DNA of 64,000 nt from Zygnema circumcarinatum SAG 698-1b (taxonomy: Eukaryota; Plantae; Zygnematophyceae): NCBI GenBank assembly GCA_037447605.1, contig CM074813.1, positions 1,984,001 to 2,048,000 of the forward strand, in the 5' to 3' direction. Under the pieces are notes generated by a model that was given only the letters and a program-made list of their open reading frames with translations, searched no databases and had not been told where the DNA came from. Positions within the stretch are counted from its first letter, which is position 1, and every line of letters begins with the position of its first letter. The position numbers and the translations under genes are program-made. Positions 13,664-27,264 of the stretch are shown piece by piece.

Positions 13664-16600
13664 ATGGCGGCACCCACCCTCAACACGCCCTTCCAACCTT
13701 ACGTCTATCAGGTACGCCCTCTCTTCTTCTCTTCCTTTTATCTCTCTCTCTCTCTCTCACTCTTTCGATCTTTCTCTCGTTCTCGTACTCCCTTTCTGCC
13801 CGTCTCTCTCGCGCTTGTCGCCGCTTCTCTTTGGTCCTACTCTTTCCCTCTTTTCATTCTTCTCATCCATTTTCACCACCCTCTCGCCGAAAACTACATA
13901 TCCCTCGCTCCTTTCAGTCTCCCTTTCTTAATTAGCGTCTCTCCCCCCCCGCTCCCGCTCCTTGCTGTGCACTTTCCTCATGTTCTGATGCTTGTGTTTG
14001 TCTGTTCAGAGCCCTCAAGCGGTGGTTACTCCTTTTCAAATTCTCGGAGGCGAAGCGCAGATTGTTCAGGTGGGATTGACTGAGTGCCCAACCCAGCTCT
14101 TGTGCAGCAATCCGATGTCTCCTTAACTTTAACCACCGTAGGTAGCCTCTAGGAAAAGTTTAGATCTAGAAAAGATCCCTGGCGATCGAGCGCCCGGAGG
14201 GAGAAAGCGAAAGGAGTTTTACAATTAATTAACCCTTTTCATTCTTCTTTTTTTCGGTCATGTTGATCACATGTTTCTATAAGAGTGCGTGCTGTTCTAT
14301 TCAATTTATCAATGCTTCCCAAAGAGTCAGTGATGCACATTAACATCTGAAGCCATTTCTCTGAATGACTGAACCATCACAGTCTATTCTGGTTGACTGA
14401 GGGTTGCCAACACTTTTGTTACTTGACCATGCTAGTCTCCTTTTACTGGTTAAAGCTTTACCTTTTCTAGTTCTGAACTCTCCTCCGCCATTGGGGGTCT
14501 TGATCCACGGGTCAGAACCTATCTTACCTTAAATGCATTTCTCCAACGAAGTACTTTAGACAGTCTTTACTCATGCAATCAAACTGCATCTGTCTCCCAA
14601 GTAAAGATACGTAAGTATCCAATGTGTAATCTTGAAACGTACATAGATTGTCGAGGTACAAGTATCCCGCATATCATCAATTAGTTCTAAGGTTGAAGAT
14701 ACCGTCCACTGATCTGGTAGGTCCAGAAGAAGTTAAAATGAAGAGACGGCGCACGTTCTTTGATTTACTTTGTGCCAGTTGTTATTCCGACTCTGCAAAC
14801 TACCTTCGAGAAGTTTGAACTAACTCACTACCCTGAGAATATTCCCTGATACCCCTGAAAACACAACCAATGCGCAGAAACTCTGAAACTTCTGAAATTT
14901 GATTAAGTTATTGCTTAGATTTAGCACGAGTTGCGTCCGTACCTACTCTGATCATCATGCATATGTTTTGGATGGCAGTTTCTGTTGAAGCCGGGGGAAC
15001 GAGTCCATGCAGAGCCAGGTACATACATTGTCTTAACTTGCAGTTGCAGTAGAAAGACGGGAGGGCTTCACATTTCTGATTTTGACTGCCAGAGTGATTG
15101 TGATATCTGCAGATGTTTTTCTTTCTGGAAAATTTATTCTACGTCTGCATCGGAAGAAAGAAACATTCTGTGTTTGTAGAGGAAGTATCATACCTGTGGG
15201 GAATTACCTGTGCTTGAGAGATTGCAGGGGCCATGTGCTACATGTCGGCCAACATGGCGAGCGATACGACCATCACTGGAGGAAGCTTCGGGCGATGGAT
15301 ATCAGGAGAAAGCTTGTTTACCAATCTGTGAGTCAAACGGCACGAATGCGGTGTGCAAATAGCATGCCATATGAATGTATGACGGTATTGCAAACTAGCA
15401 AAACAAGATAATGATATGTTAACATGAAGGCATCAAGTTTAATTGGAAGTGTTGACAGTCACTTAATACTAATGCTAAGTGGCGCTTACAGGTTCATAAA
15501 TAAGGGACCAGGTGACGGGTATATCGGGATCGCTACTCCAACGCTTGCAAAGGTTCTACCTGTAGGTTTTCTGTTACATGCTCAGCACTTGCATACCTGC
15601 ACTTGTGAGAGGAGATCATGAACTTCATTTTCTTTTTTTGAACCACGTGTGCATACAGAGGAGGGTTTCTTCAACTCATGTTGCAGTCAGACTTGCCTGA
15701 GATATGCATGGATACATGAGTTCCAGGTCTTCATGCTCTCGCTGCATCACTTGCTCTCTCTCGCGTTCTTTGTGACTCTCTCCCTCTCTCCCTCTCTCTC
15801 TTTCCCCTTCTTGGACTCCCTGTATGTAATCTGGCCCTCCCTCCACTTTACTACTCTTTTCCCCCCTGTTCCATGGCTCTCTCTCCCTCGCCATTTTACA
15901 ATCGACCCTTATAAATGCCTGTGCAGGTAGATTTGGCCATGTACGGGGGTGATATCGTATGCCAGGTTTGGTGGCAGCCTTAAATCTACCTCTGCAGGAT
16001 GAATTAATGTCCTTCCTTTTTCTTTCTCCTTTTTTCATTGTCAACATGTTCAGTCAAGTTATCCTTTGCTGCTTCTATGAGGTGATGCAGAGGGATGCGT
16101 ACCTTTGCTCCATTAATGATGTGACAGTCACTGCGGAGGTGACCAGACGAGCGAGAGTTGGCCTCTTTGGCTATGATGTGAGCTCTTCACGGGTCACTTT
16201 TCATGCTATGCTGATGTGATAGGGCGGTAGTCCAGGAAATACCATGTCGGGGTTATTCATGAGACTAACAATATGAATATATGTTTTATAGCTCCAGTTA
16301 CGAGGCATATATGTGTTGTAGAGTACTACTTCCATGGGTTGTTGAATGTAGACCGCCCAAGCCGAAGATAGGTCGCATCTCTGATAGGTTCTCTTGCTCA
16401 TCGATTTCCGCCAACCAGAAACTTCTCGATCATCATTCATCTCAGTGTTCGACACTGGCTCCCAGTCTCTCTCCCCCTCTCTCTCGTCAATGGACCTCAA
16501 ATTCACGTTGCCTTGTTAAGTTCACCTCTAGGAATAATGGCGGTATGGTGGGTTGGGAGCATGCAGGGTTTCTTCCTTCAGCGACTTGCTGGGCGAGGGC

Positions 16601-17447
16601 TGGCTTTTATCACTGCTGGCGGCTCAAGTATGTCGCAATTTTTCTCCAAGTTTGATATCGTGTTTCTCTTTATGCTAGTATATGTTTTTTCCTAACTTTT
16701 TGCTTTCTTCGGGTCACGTACTCCTGCGTTTTATGCTGCAGTTGTGCAGAAGAATTTAGCGGTGGGAGAGACGGTGATTGTGGACGCTGCATGTGTGCTC
16801 GCCATGACCCGGTCGGTCGACTACGACGTCAAGTACGTCGGCTCCATCAAGCGAGTCCTGTTTGGGGTGTGGCCATTGCTCAGTCCTCAGAACAACCCAA
16901 AAGCCAAATTTCAAGACTTTTAAATAACTTGAAATCCCATAATCTGTAGTTCTAAAGGTCTGAAGAACCCTAAACTTCTCGAGAACGGAGTTGATTGGAA
17001 ACCAATTCTGGGACAACTGCGGCGTTTCAAGACGAGAAGGCTTAGAGCTGGAAAAGATTGCTGTGATGATTTTGGAGGCATATCCACAGGTTCAATTGTT
17101 CTGAGATAGGAACAAGGAGGTGCTCGTGTGCAGGGTGAGGGTATGTTCTATGCGCACTTGACCGGGCCGGGAGTGGTATTCTTGCAAAGCCTACCTTTCC
17201 ATCGACTGGCTGCAAAAATCACCAGGTGAGAAAGCCTACTTGCCGCAATTCTAAACTTAAAATCCCAATTTCCTAAAGCCTTCAGAATTTCGAAATCTCT
17301 TACTACTTCTGGGGGTGGAAGTGCAGGGTAGGAGTGACTCCGCGATCCGAAGCTGCGCTTGTTGGTCCCTTTTTTGTCGCACTTATTACTGTTGCTTTCC
17401 TTTGCCTCCTGTTCTCTGTACACATATATGCCGAATTCGGACAGTGA
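13664..17447 (+). CDS. AIM24: AIM24 (TRAP-like) family protein with C-terminal transmembrane helix, multi-exon
   Basis: Exons encode MAAPTLNTPFQPYVYQ|SPQAVVTPFQILGGEAQIVQ|FLLKPGERVHAEP|GAMCYMS|...VDLAMYGGDIVCQ|RDAYLCSIND|FLQRLAGRGLAF|LTGPGVVFLQSLPFHRLA. The last exon, 17327-17447, encodes a hydrophobic tail. These match plant AIM24-like proteins. Confidence 0.93.
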
Positions 17448-19445
17448 CTCGCCCACCCTCTGTATGTACTCGTATCTGTTCACCGCCCTTTTTTTCTAAA
17501 CACTAACTGTAGCAATGTCCCCCCATAGAGATAGGTCCATATCTGAAGATGGAAGATGTAAACAGCGAATCGTAGATGGACCCTTTTAGGGTGTACCTGA
17601 CGAGGACCCATGCAGTGGCTGAAATGAACTGAACTGAATCCGTAGCCGTAAGCATACAGAATATAGCATACTTCATACAATTTTGTTGGAGGGTACCGCT
17701 TCTCTGTCATCCCAAGCTGTTACTGCTCTTAATCCTTTTCTAATGTGGAATTCAGGAAGAAGGTAGGCGGCACATCTAAAATCTCAATTTCCTTTGAGAC
17801 CTTAGGGGATTAGGGTCTTTGCTGTTTAAGGCGTTTTTGGGGGTACAATTGGGGTCTTATTCGAAGTCACTGCCCTTCAAAGGTCTGTAACGACTTTGCA
17901 GACACAAGCTTGTTCTACTTTTATGCGGAAAAAATGGCATTTTTTTTCTTGTTCAACGTCAGTTCTTTCTTTGGATTAATTTGGGACATTAGCAAAAAAT
18001 GTGTTTCACTTGTGATCCGGTGTTGTCGGCGGTTGTGCCCTGTGGTCGCACAATCACCATCACATGAATAGTAATAAATAATCGTCTAAAAGCGCCTAAG
18101 AAGCGGGAGTCGAAAACGCTGTTCGTGTACCCATTGGGTTGCACAGCCATCGCGAGAGCAATTCCAGTCCCTCACACGTGCGATGGCGTGTCCCATGTGG
18201 CAGCCCCGGGGCGTGGGAGTTGCTCGCATCCCTTGGTCATTCTTAGTCACCACACCGACTTGTCTCCAACTTCGCACGCGCGAAATTTTTCAAGGCGTAC
18301 GTATGTACGGTAGGTACGTAGGTGCCGTACGACCAGCCAGTCCGTCCGTCCGGCCGTCCGTACGGCGCGCCGTGCCATGACCTTTGTAGCGTAACGGAGC
18401 TGCGTTCGACGGATCCGCGCCCGTTCAGTTGTACTTGACATGTTCATATTCAGTGTCACGGACCGGCCTGATCCAGGAATTGCCGACGGAAAATGCGAGA
18501 CGGCGGCGCCATTTGTTGGCGGCCCACGGGACAGCACACCATCCAGCTAGGCGCACTCGGAAGCGCCGCAAGATGCCGCCGATTGTCATCAGTTGACCTA
18601 TCCGAAGGCTCCACGCAGTCAGTCAGGCCACTCAGTGGGCAGTTGGCCAATCAGGGACTGTCACTACTAAGGCTCAAGATCTATTGTCAGTGTTAGGTAG
18701 ATGGGATGTCAGTGATGCTTGTTTGTCTTTTAGTGCTGGGCTTAGTATTTGTATTTGCTGTGTGGTTTGTTGTCTTGTTCTTCTTCTTCTTCTCTTCAGT
18801 TCCAGCAACAGATGCTAAGTGTGAGAGAGAGAGAGAGTTCCATGCCATAGATAGAGAGAGAGAGAGAGAGAAAAGAGTCTTCTTGCTGATAGCATTTAGA
18901 CGTCCCATTCAGCCCAGCTAGACAAAGATTTCAGTGAGAAGATCCTTTCATTGTAATGACTATCCCCAGCCAACCGCTGGCTGGGGTGACTTTCCAAAAT
19001 ACAACCTTTATCTAAATTGAGTCCTGTTTTCCCTTTGCTGTCACTATGCCAAGCTACCATCTTGTTCTATCCTGCCTTGCATCCCTCCCAATGACCAATG
19101 ATAACTAGAAGCCTAGCTAAGAGACTAGCCGAGGAGAGGACAGGGGAGGAGAGCCCCCAAGGAAGGGCTCTTTGCGCATCGAGTCCAGCCGCCGGTGGGA
19201 ACATCTTCAGGATCCCTACGTCTTCCGCTGCGCGTACCTCTGAATCTCCCGGATCCTGGCTCTATGCTGCAGGCAGACCCACAGGACCAACACAACCCTT
19301 CATCAGTTTCAGCACGGACGCGCGAGTGGCCGTACAGCACCTGCAACTAGCTCAGCAGTCTCCTCTTAACCCCACTTATCTTGTGCTACACCTTGCTTGG
19401 CACGACACTGTACGGAGATGCGTGCAACTACACATGGAACGGCGC

Positions 19446-19474
19446 GTGACGTGACGTGACGTGCACACGTACGG
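19446..19474. promoter_or_regulatory. Tandem (GTGAC)n / TGACG-ACGTG bZIP-type motifs upstream of ACBP
   Basis: GTGACGTGACGTGACGTGCACACGTACGG about 440 bp before the ACBP ATG. Confidence 0.35.
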
Positions 19475-19916
19475 CATTTCTCCTGCTGCCGCACGGCACC
19501 GACCGTACGGTACGGGCGGTAGTGGCTGCGGAGGGCAGACGGGGGGTCCGTCCGGACGGATGACGGAGGAGCAGCTCCTCTCCTGCTGGTGCTGCTGCTT
19601 GTGCTGGTGCTGGTGCTGCCGCTGCTGCTCCCGTCAGGACCCTGCAGGTGCCACTGGGGCTGCCTGCCTGCTGATTAATTCCAAGAGAAATTTGCGGAAG
19701 GCGGTGTGGAGGAGGGAAAGTTATCTGTGCTGCAAATTATTGCGTTCAATTTGTTTCCTTCGCTGTGTGTATGATTGCTCGAATCCGCGCGGTCGTCCAA
19801 GAGGAAAAAACCTCCATCTGTTGCAAGGAGCGCGAGAAAGGAGGAGCTTCTTGTCATCTTTCGTAATCGATTTCCTTCTTGTGCAGCTCGAAGTCTCGTC
19901 GAATCAGGCAGAGGGA

Positions 19917-22900
19917 ATGTTTGAAAAGAGAATGGAAATTCTTGCAAGCTCCGGCGAGTGGCTCACCAATTTCTTCCTAACGGCCGCGCTCGGCTACATG
20001 CTATATGTGCTTTTCTCCATACTATTTACTTTCCGGCAGCAAGAGCTGACAATTACTCGCCAGCTTGGAGCAGAGGACAGGGCGGAGAAGGAGGGCGAAG
20101 TTGGAGAAGAGGGATTTGAGGAAGTGGAGAAGTTGCAGGACGAATTGTTGAGAGAGAGAGGAGAGGGGAGAGAGGAGGAGGGAGACGGGGGAAACGATGC
20201 AGACGGCGCGGAATCCCTTGTGCAAGAAGCAAGGAATGTTGACAATGGAGGCCGCAAGGAAATCGGAGAGGAAGCGGAGCCCGGTAAGGCCGTCATGGAG
20301 CCTGATGCTGCCACCTGTCAGTCCGCAATGCACAATTCGTCCCTCCCTGGTGACGACGGGCGGCTTTAAGTCTGCGTCAGTTAGGGATATGTCGAATGTT
20401 TCTCAAACTGACATTGGAATTGACGGTCAATCTGAAATGACAAAATGCACAGTCAAACTGACATTCCACATGAAGGCTGCATTGGCAATTCAGGAAGGTC
20501 GAACAAGAAAAACATGATGGAACAAAGTCTTGCCGCTTTACCTTTAGTGGGAGGTGCCATTACTGAGCGCCAGGAAGCGTCGTCGAACGGTACACCTTCA
20601 GTCGAGGAGACCTCTGCAGAAGCTGCAACGGAAGCGAACTTCGGCACACAGGATGTGCTGGCAAGCGTTTCCAGTTCTGTTGCAGGACATGGAGAACAGA
20701 TTACTCAAAGAAAGGAGAAGTGGGCGGCTGAGGAGGAGGACTGGGAGGGCGTTGAAAGCAGTGAGCTTGAAGACGACTTCCATGCAGCTGCGACGTTAGT
20801 CGAAGCACTGGCGGTTGGGCAGGGACACAAAATTGCGCAGGATGTACAGTTGACACTGTACGCATTTTACAAGCAAGCTACCGCTGGACCTTGCGGAAAT
20901 CCACAACCGTCTCTTTTGAACATGAAAGCTCGAGCAAAATGGTACATCCGACCCTTTGTTATCCCTTTTTCTCATTATGCTGTTCAAACTTGGGCATATC
21001 TTTGAACGAGCTTGGAGGGCTCAAAACAAAAACTTTTGATGTGACTGCAATGTGGAAGGTCTGTGAAGTAAAGGAACTACAGTGCTAAAACAGTATTTTG
21101 TATGGAGGGCACCGTGTATGTGGAGGGCTCAGTAATGTTGCTTGGTGATGTCCATTGCACAGTAATTTAATGTCGTTACTCATCTTTGAATCTTAAACTC
21201 GTCGCAATGCAGGGCTAATCTTTTGCTACTGAGTTACTTAGTTTCATGTGAATAAATGGGTACCAGACGTTGACGTGTGTGAATGGTGTTCTTGTTTTTT
21301 GGTTGTTTTATGAGGGTTAATGTTTACTTTTTTACACTCGTGACGCAGGGCATGTGCCGGATGAGGTAACGCCTTAGCGATGTTTAAAGTCTTGGTTGTT
21401 TCTCTTGTATCTACATGAGCTTTGAATAGCTTTTAATGTTGGTACTTCAACTACAGGAAGTGTTTGAGTTGTTCCTGCAATACTGGCAGTGTAAATGTGT
21501 GTAGGGTAAATGTGCGTGTGGCATACTAACTTTCCTTGGAAAAACCTGGCATGTTTCCAGGAATGCCTGGAAAAAGCTTGGAGAGATGAGGATGGAGGAG
21601 GCTATGCTTGGTTATATCCACGTAGTTGAAACTCTCTATCCGGATTATTCAGAGGATCAGAACTCTGGCAAGGTCGGGGCAATAAGGGCCTGACTATAAC
21701 CCTTGCTAGATACACGGAAACCATTAAAGAATCTAGAAAAAAGCATTGTCAAGATTATCGCTCTTTCTCTTTCTCTCGCTCTCCTACATTCCTCACCGCC
21801 CTTCTAACCCCTCGCTCTCTTGATATGTGGCTTGGTTTTCATGGATTTTGATCTCGGTAACAATTCATAAGGATATTGCTGCTTTCTTTACTGCCTTATT
21901 TTCTTGTGACCAACATAAAATATGGTTTGGAGAATATTCAATGTGTAGGAGAGTGTGCTTGATTGGTGTTCCAGGTAGGAAAACGGAACAGCAACATGGG
22001 ACCCGTGTTCAGCACTTTGGCAGAGGGCGATGATACAGGAGACGACGGGTACGACCACTCCATTCCCTTGTTTCTCTGCTTCCTGGATTTTCGGGTTTTC
22101 CACGGTTTGGGGGAGGACTTATTTATTTTGTCAGACTAATCAAAGGTAAGAAGGAAGATGATACTTGCCTTGATCTAAACAAGTTTTAAGATATTATGTA
22201 CCCACGTTGATGGTTGCGACCGATGGGCTGCGGAATTTGGGCCTGCAGAAACCTCCAAGTCTTGCAAGCTTCTGCAAGTGAGGGGGATATCAGTCGCCTG
22301 CAGCAATTGATAAACGAGGGATGCCCAATTGACAGTGCCGGTGAGTGCCTTATTCAAGAGCCTGATGCTTTCGACAATTTTGTGTTCATAGACCTTCTGC
22401 ATGTCCTCATGCACTCCGAAAGTATAGTAAGCAGGGCATAAGTGGGACGTGGAAAAAAAAGGTTTTTCACCCTTAATAGGGTCCTCCAATGTATGAAAGT
22501 GTAAGAGGTCCAGCTTGCGTTTGGTATCAATTGTGGAGAGTGATGCTACACTTGACATTCACTTTATAGCATGCGGTTATCTTGTTTACGGAAAGTTCTG
22601 GTTGAGCTCAGAACGACTTGTCCTGTCTCATCAAATATCTCTATCATCGTTTCTCCTTTCCTGTATTCTTTCTCATCATACCGCAAGTAACTGGTAAGGC
22701 TTCAGGGAGTAAAGAGCTTTTCAGGTCCTTCTAGGGAGCCTCTATTCATGCCAACGTGAATGAGTTTGTTATGAAGAGCGCTCCGCCAATTTCTGTAAAT
22801 TAATTGCGGTTTACACACTTTGGTTTGGATGTTTTGCAGATGAAGAAGGCAGGACTGCACTTCACTGGGCAGCAGACAGGGGACAGCTGGCAGCTGCTCA

Positions 22901-23379
22901 AATGCTGCTAGCTGCAGGAGCTGCAGTCAACGCAAAAGTAGGGTATCTTATCGGATGACAGCTTTTCTTGTGTTTCCTCACGATACCATCAGTGGGATGC
23001 AGATGTGGGCATAATAGCACCTTGCTTCCTATTTCACATGTCCCATGTCTCATTTCCCTCTCTGAACTCAATTGTTAGGACACCATGAGCTCCGTTTTAT
23101 AAGTCTCATGGCTGATAGACTGCTTCTTCACTCTTCCCATCTCTTTTGCTTGTACAAAACTTAAAAATTCTCTCTCACATTCAGGCCCTCACGATGATGT
23201 GGACTTTCTGGCAGGATGGAGAGGGCCAGACAGCCCTCCACTATGCTGCGACTTGTGGACACGAAGCTTTGGCAGAGGAGCTGCTAAAGTATGGAGCTGA
23301 TCCTCTTGCAGCTGACAAGGACGGAGTTGTACCTGATAGTGTGCGGCCACATCACTGGAAGTGGCCCTCATTCAAATAG
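19917..23379 (+). CDS. ACBP: Class II acyl-CoA-binding protein (N-terminal TM, ACB domain, ankyrin repeats), ACBP1/2-like
   Basis: TM segment WLTNFFLTAALGYMLYVLFSILFTF, acidic linker, ACB domain (LYAFYKQATAGPC...ARAKW|NAWKKLG), MGPVFSTL, and ankyrins DEEGRTALHWAADRG and DGEGQTALHYAATCGH. The junction near 20340-20452 and the start (19917 or 19932) are uncertain. Confidence 0.92.
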
Positions 23380-25263
23380 GGAGCTTCTTCTATTTCTGAT
23401 CTGAGAAGGGCTAGCTGAAGGGTAGAAGGAGGCCTCAGAAAGAGGGGTTCCTTTGCAAGACTCAAGTATGAAGAAGACATGACATGTCCTATAGTGGGTT
23501 ATTGGGCTATGCACTTTAGACGGAGAATATGACTTGGATGTGCTGGCTATCAAGGAGCAGCGAGCAAGGACGCTGCGGTTTCATGTGGCATTGCCTGCAA
23601 AGGAGGAGCCCTCCATAATTGTCAATAGAGTTTAGCAGCTGGAGGATGGGGTGATGCTCTTTTAGAGGCAGGTAGCGAAATTGGGACTAAAATGCCCTGC
23701 GTTTGTGTGTATTCGGAGCAGTGGGGGAAGAGCTTGGTTCTGAGGGAGAGAAGGCTGGAGGGAGAGAAGAGGGGGAGAGGGATTGAAATATCGCCATTTG
23801 GGGGAGCTACTGAGGAGTATTACTTTCATGTAAATTTGTGTACAGTCCCTAGGCAGCAGCTGTATAGGTGTGCTGTTAGACCGTGGAGGGTATGCAGTGG
23901 GAGAGCTCATTCTTTTCTGGGAGGGATTGCGCACTGAGCGGCATATGTGCTCGGCTTGCGCGGTAGGAAATCACAGTTTTCCGTTACAGTTTGGGCACAG
24001 GCTTCGATGGAAATGCCAACTTTTATGTTCTGTTCACTTATGTGAGTCTACTGCTATGAGCTCGTTTTACTGTTGTGCGATCAACGTAGGCCTTTTCTGC
24101 CGGTGGTTGTCCATTCATCTGTGCATGTCAGTAGGTTCCTTGTTTCTTCATTCGATGTCGTTCTGTATAGTCCCGTTTGGTTTGGTTGTGTGTTCATTCT
24201 CCTCGTTAGTCTTTGTGTTGGGTCGCAGCATTCTTTTTTCGCCCCTTTGGACTTGGAGGGCTGGACCATCGCCGGTAAAAGTTAATAGAGTCAGACCTAA
24301 TCACTGGTTTTGGGAGCAATGGTTCTTAGAACGAAAATCAAAAGCTATGAGCCGAACTCCGCTTCCAGGCCCTTAACAGCACGGCTCTTGAAGCAGCCGC
24401 GAAGGTCGCCTAGAAAAGGAAAACTCGATACCACACATATCGGCGACCTTCGCGGCTGCTTCGAGGGAGGGCTGCGTTGTTGAGCCTAGGCGTAGCTTTC
24501 CGCTCCTAGCTTTTTTCTTATGTCTTTAGGTCCTTTGCGACCAGCTCCTCGTGGTTTCCCATGATGATTTCGTCCATGTACATTTGATGGCATCATCGCA
24601 CCACATCCTCCCCCTAGAAAAGGAAACCCCGTACAGTATGAAATAGGGGGAGTCAGACCTTGACCATCGCCAAATCAATTTCGTAAGCCTGTCGGGCGAA
24701 TTAAGCATTGGCAGGTACGTATTTCAGGACGGCTGTGTACGGCGGAGCCGCGGATCCCGACCCGGAATTCGTACACGAAACTTTGACTTTAGTATACAGT
24801 GGGGGGTCCTCATATTTTCGCCATGGTATTGGCCAAAAAGGGGCGAAAATATTGATTTTGCAAATATAAGGTTCGTGTTACCAATAGGCGGGCGGTATTA
24901 TGTTAGAGTTCATGTTTGTTCGTATACATCGTATCGTCTAATACCGTATCGTATCGTTACGTATCATGTAGTATCGTATCGTATTGTGCCGTATCGAAGC
25001 CAAGATGAAGGGGAGAGGAGCGAGCGCCTCTTACGGCGGCACGTGCGGGAAGATTCGGTTTGTTTTGCTTAAGCCCGTAACGGCTAGTAAAGCAAGTACG
25101 GTTAGTACGGTTAGTACGATTAGTACGGTTAGTACGAATAGTAAGAATAGTACAAATAGTACGGTTAACACAGAGTTACCGTACAAAAAGGTGGTTTCAG
25201 CAAAATCGGGGCGAATTTCTTGGGAGCGCACTGTACAGGGTGGAAAATACGAGGACCCCCCAC

Positions 25264-27109
25264 CAGGGTTCGTCAAATAGGGGAGATCCCCTAAATATCG
25301 TAAATAGCTTATTTATGTAAGATTTTGAGATTAGTTTACGTGATTTCAACTTAAATACCACACAAGCCCCAAAAAAGCATTTTTTTGGTTAAAAACAAAA
25401 AGGAAATGAATTGCATTTGCAACCACGATAGCAATGATGTATATGAACTTTTCTTGTTGGTATTACAACACGGCTTTAGAAACTGGTGCAACCTCTTCGA
25501 CTCTTATAGATTGGTAAATTTTACCAATCAATTAGAACAACTGTGCATTTGGCAATCACAACATATAGTTGCCTATTCAAAAACCCAATTGCTCGAAAAC
25601 TTTGTAGATCCAATCCTAAGCTCTCTATTTCCTTTTCCATCCATCATTAATTACTCCAAGTACCACTTTAGAATCCATCATAGTCTTGAAATTTCCTCAC
25701 AAAAACTCTATTCCAAATCATAACCTCTGAAATTCTAGGTGTAGTCACAAAAGAAAAACTGAAATAGGAACTAAAATTAGAAATGAAATGAAAAATGGTC
25801 CCACTCCCTTAGGAGTTTTAGGCTGAACAAGACAGCTATAGAAGTGATGCAAACTACTCAAAGAGACCCTCGAAGAGCGGTCAAACTATCAAACTGTTTG
25901 CAATGAAGAATTCCTTCCAATGAAAAGTCTGTCAACCTCTTTCGAAACTCGTCTTTCTCTCAAACAATTCATGTCTTCCTGCATTCCTGTCTCGTCCGTA
26001 CGTGTACGGTTTCGTTCGTACAGTCCATATTTACGTGTTTTTACAAGGAAAATTCTATTCTCACACCTTTTTTGTCTACACACAGGCCTCTTTTCGCCGG
26101 GCAGATTTTAGAATAGCACAAAAAAAGAACACACCTTTCACACCTTCTCACCTTTTTTTTTTTTCACCTTTATTTTCACACCTTTTTGAAATCGACACAC
26201 CTTTCTCCATCGGGCAGATTTTACCCCTTCTTGTTTTTTTCAGAGAAAAAAATATCGGCCTGCCCGAATCCTCTCGGAGCAAAAGATCCGTCCGCCACGA
26301 GATCGTTCGCGGGTGGCCGTCCTTCACACGTGCAGAAACTATTCACCGTCGATTCTAGCGCCGATCACACCACGGCAGATCGCCGTTCGATCGGCAGCCG
26401 GGCTCGGTCCCAGCGAATGGCACACGCCCACGTGTCCGCCCCAAGCCGGCTTGAGGTCCGTACACTATTCATACGGTCGTAGCTTCGAGGAAAGTCTAAA
26501 TTCCTTACATTGTGAGCTTGTACCAATCACCATCTGCCGCGTGCTATTTTTGGACGTGGCAAACTGTGATTGGTACAGGCACTCAACTTTTTATTACGTT
26601 TTTTGACTTTCCTCGAAGCTGCGGACGTACGCCTTTTGTACGGTCCTTTGAGCCGGCTTGGGTGGGACACGTGGGACAGAGCCCGGCTGCTGATCGAACG
26701 GTGATCTGCCAAGGTGCGATCTGAGTAAATATCGACGGCGGAAAATTATTGCACGTGTAAATGACGGCCATCCGCGAACGATCTCGTGGCGGACGGATCT
26801 TTCCCTCCGAGCGGATTCGGGCAGGCAGATATCTTTTTCTCTGAAAATAAATGATAAGGAGTAAAATCTGCCCGACAGAAAAGGTGCTCACGGCGCTCGG
26901 CCGCTCAGTAGTAGCGTGTATCGATTCCAAAAAGATGTGAAAAAAAAAAAGGTGTGAAAGGTGTGTTCCTTTTTTGTCTATTTTAAAATCTGCCCGGCGA
27001 AAAGAGGTCTGTGTGTAGACAAAAAAGGTGTGAGAATAGAATTTTCCTTTTACAAAACCAATTTAGGGGACAGTCCCCTATCTTAAGCCGAAATCCCCTA
27101 TTTGACGAA
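25264..27109. mobile_element. Element C with imperfect TIRs (hAT-like CAGGG left end, truncated right end), host of the B2 copy
   Basis: TTCGTCAAATAGGGGA (25269-25284) is the reverse complement of TCCCCTATTTGACGAA (27094-27109). TCCCCTAAAT and ATTTAGGGGA are also inverted. No TSD was found. Confidence 0.55.
26047..27047. mobile_element. Long-TIR element subfamily B2, intact, with its centre inverted relative to the 56.6-58.5 kb copy
   Basis: Ends GGAAAATTCTATTCTCACACC...GGTGTGAGAATAGAATTTTCC with inverted arms of about 400 bp. 8-bp TSD TTTTACAA at 26039-26046 and 27048-27055. Confidence 0.95.
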
Positions 27110-27264
27110 ATTTATATTTTCGCCTCAAATTGGCCGGAACCAGGGTGGAAAATATGAGGACCCCCTACTGTACAGTACGGCGCAGCATTGTACGAAACCG
27201 TACTCTGAAGGGGAGGGAAATGCAGAGACGACGGCAGGCTGAGCGCTTCGGGTAAGTGGTAAAA

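Larger units (their letters stand above)
24797..27170. mobile_element. TA-flanked TIR element (family A, Tc1/mariner-like ends) enclosing further insertions
   Basis: ta|CAGTGGGGGGTCCTCATATTTTC at 24797 and GAAAATATGAGGACCCCCTACTG|ta ending at 27170. A second, 2-nt-truncated right end lies at 25236-25263. The interior has (GTATC)n runs. Confidence 0.75.

Noticed and set aside
17506-17528. Alternative TM-less last exon for AIM24
   Set aside because: Only an AG and an early stop support it, while the 17327 exon matches the conserved TM tail.
18706-18921. Hydrophobic signal-peptide-like ORF
   Set aside because: Its composition is explained by T-rich and (GA)n microsatellites, and no domain follows.
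18964-18986. 9-bp GC hairpin as a Helitron 3' end
   Set aside because: No CTRR terminus follows at the expected distance.
24264-24671. Swapped short repeats GACCATCGCC and GAGTCAGACCT (order A-B...B-A)
   Set aside because: Too short, and the order does not match the split-direct-repeat pattern of Ngaro/VIPER elements.
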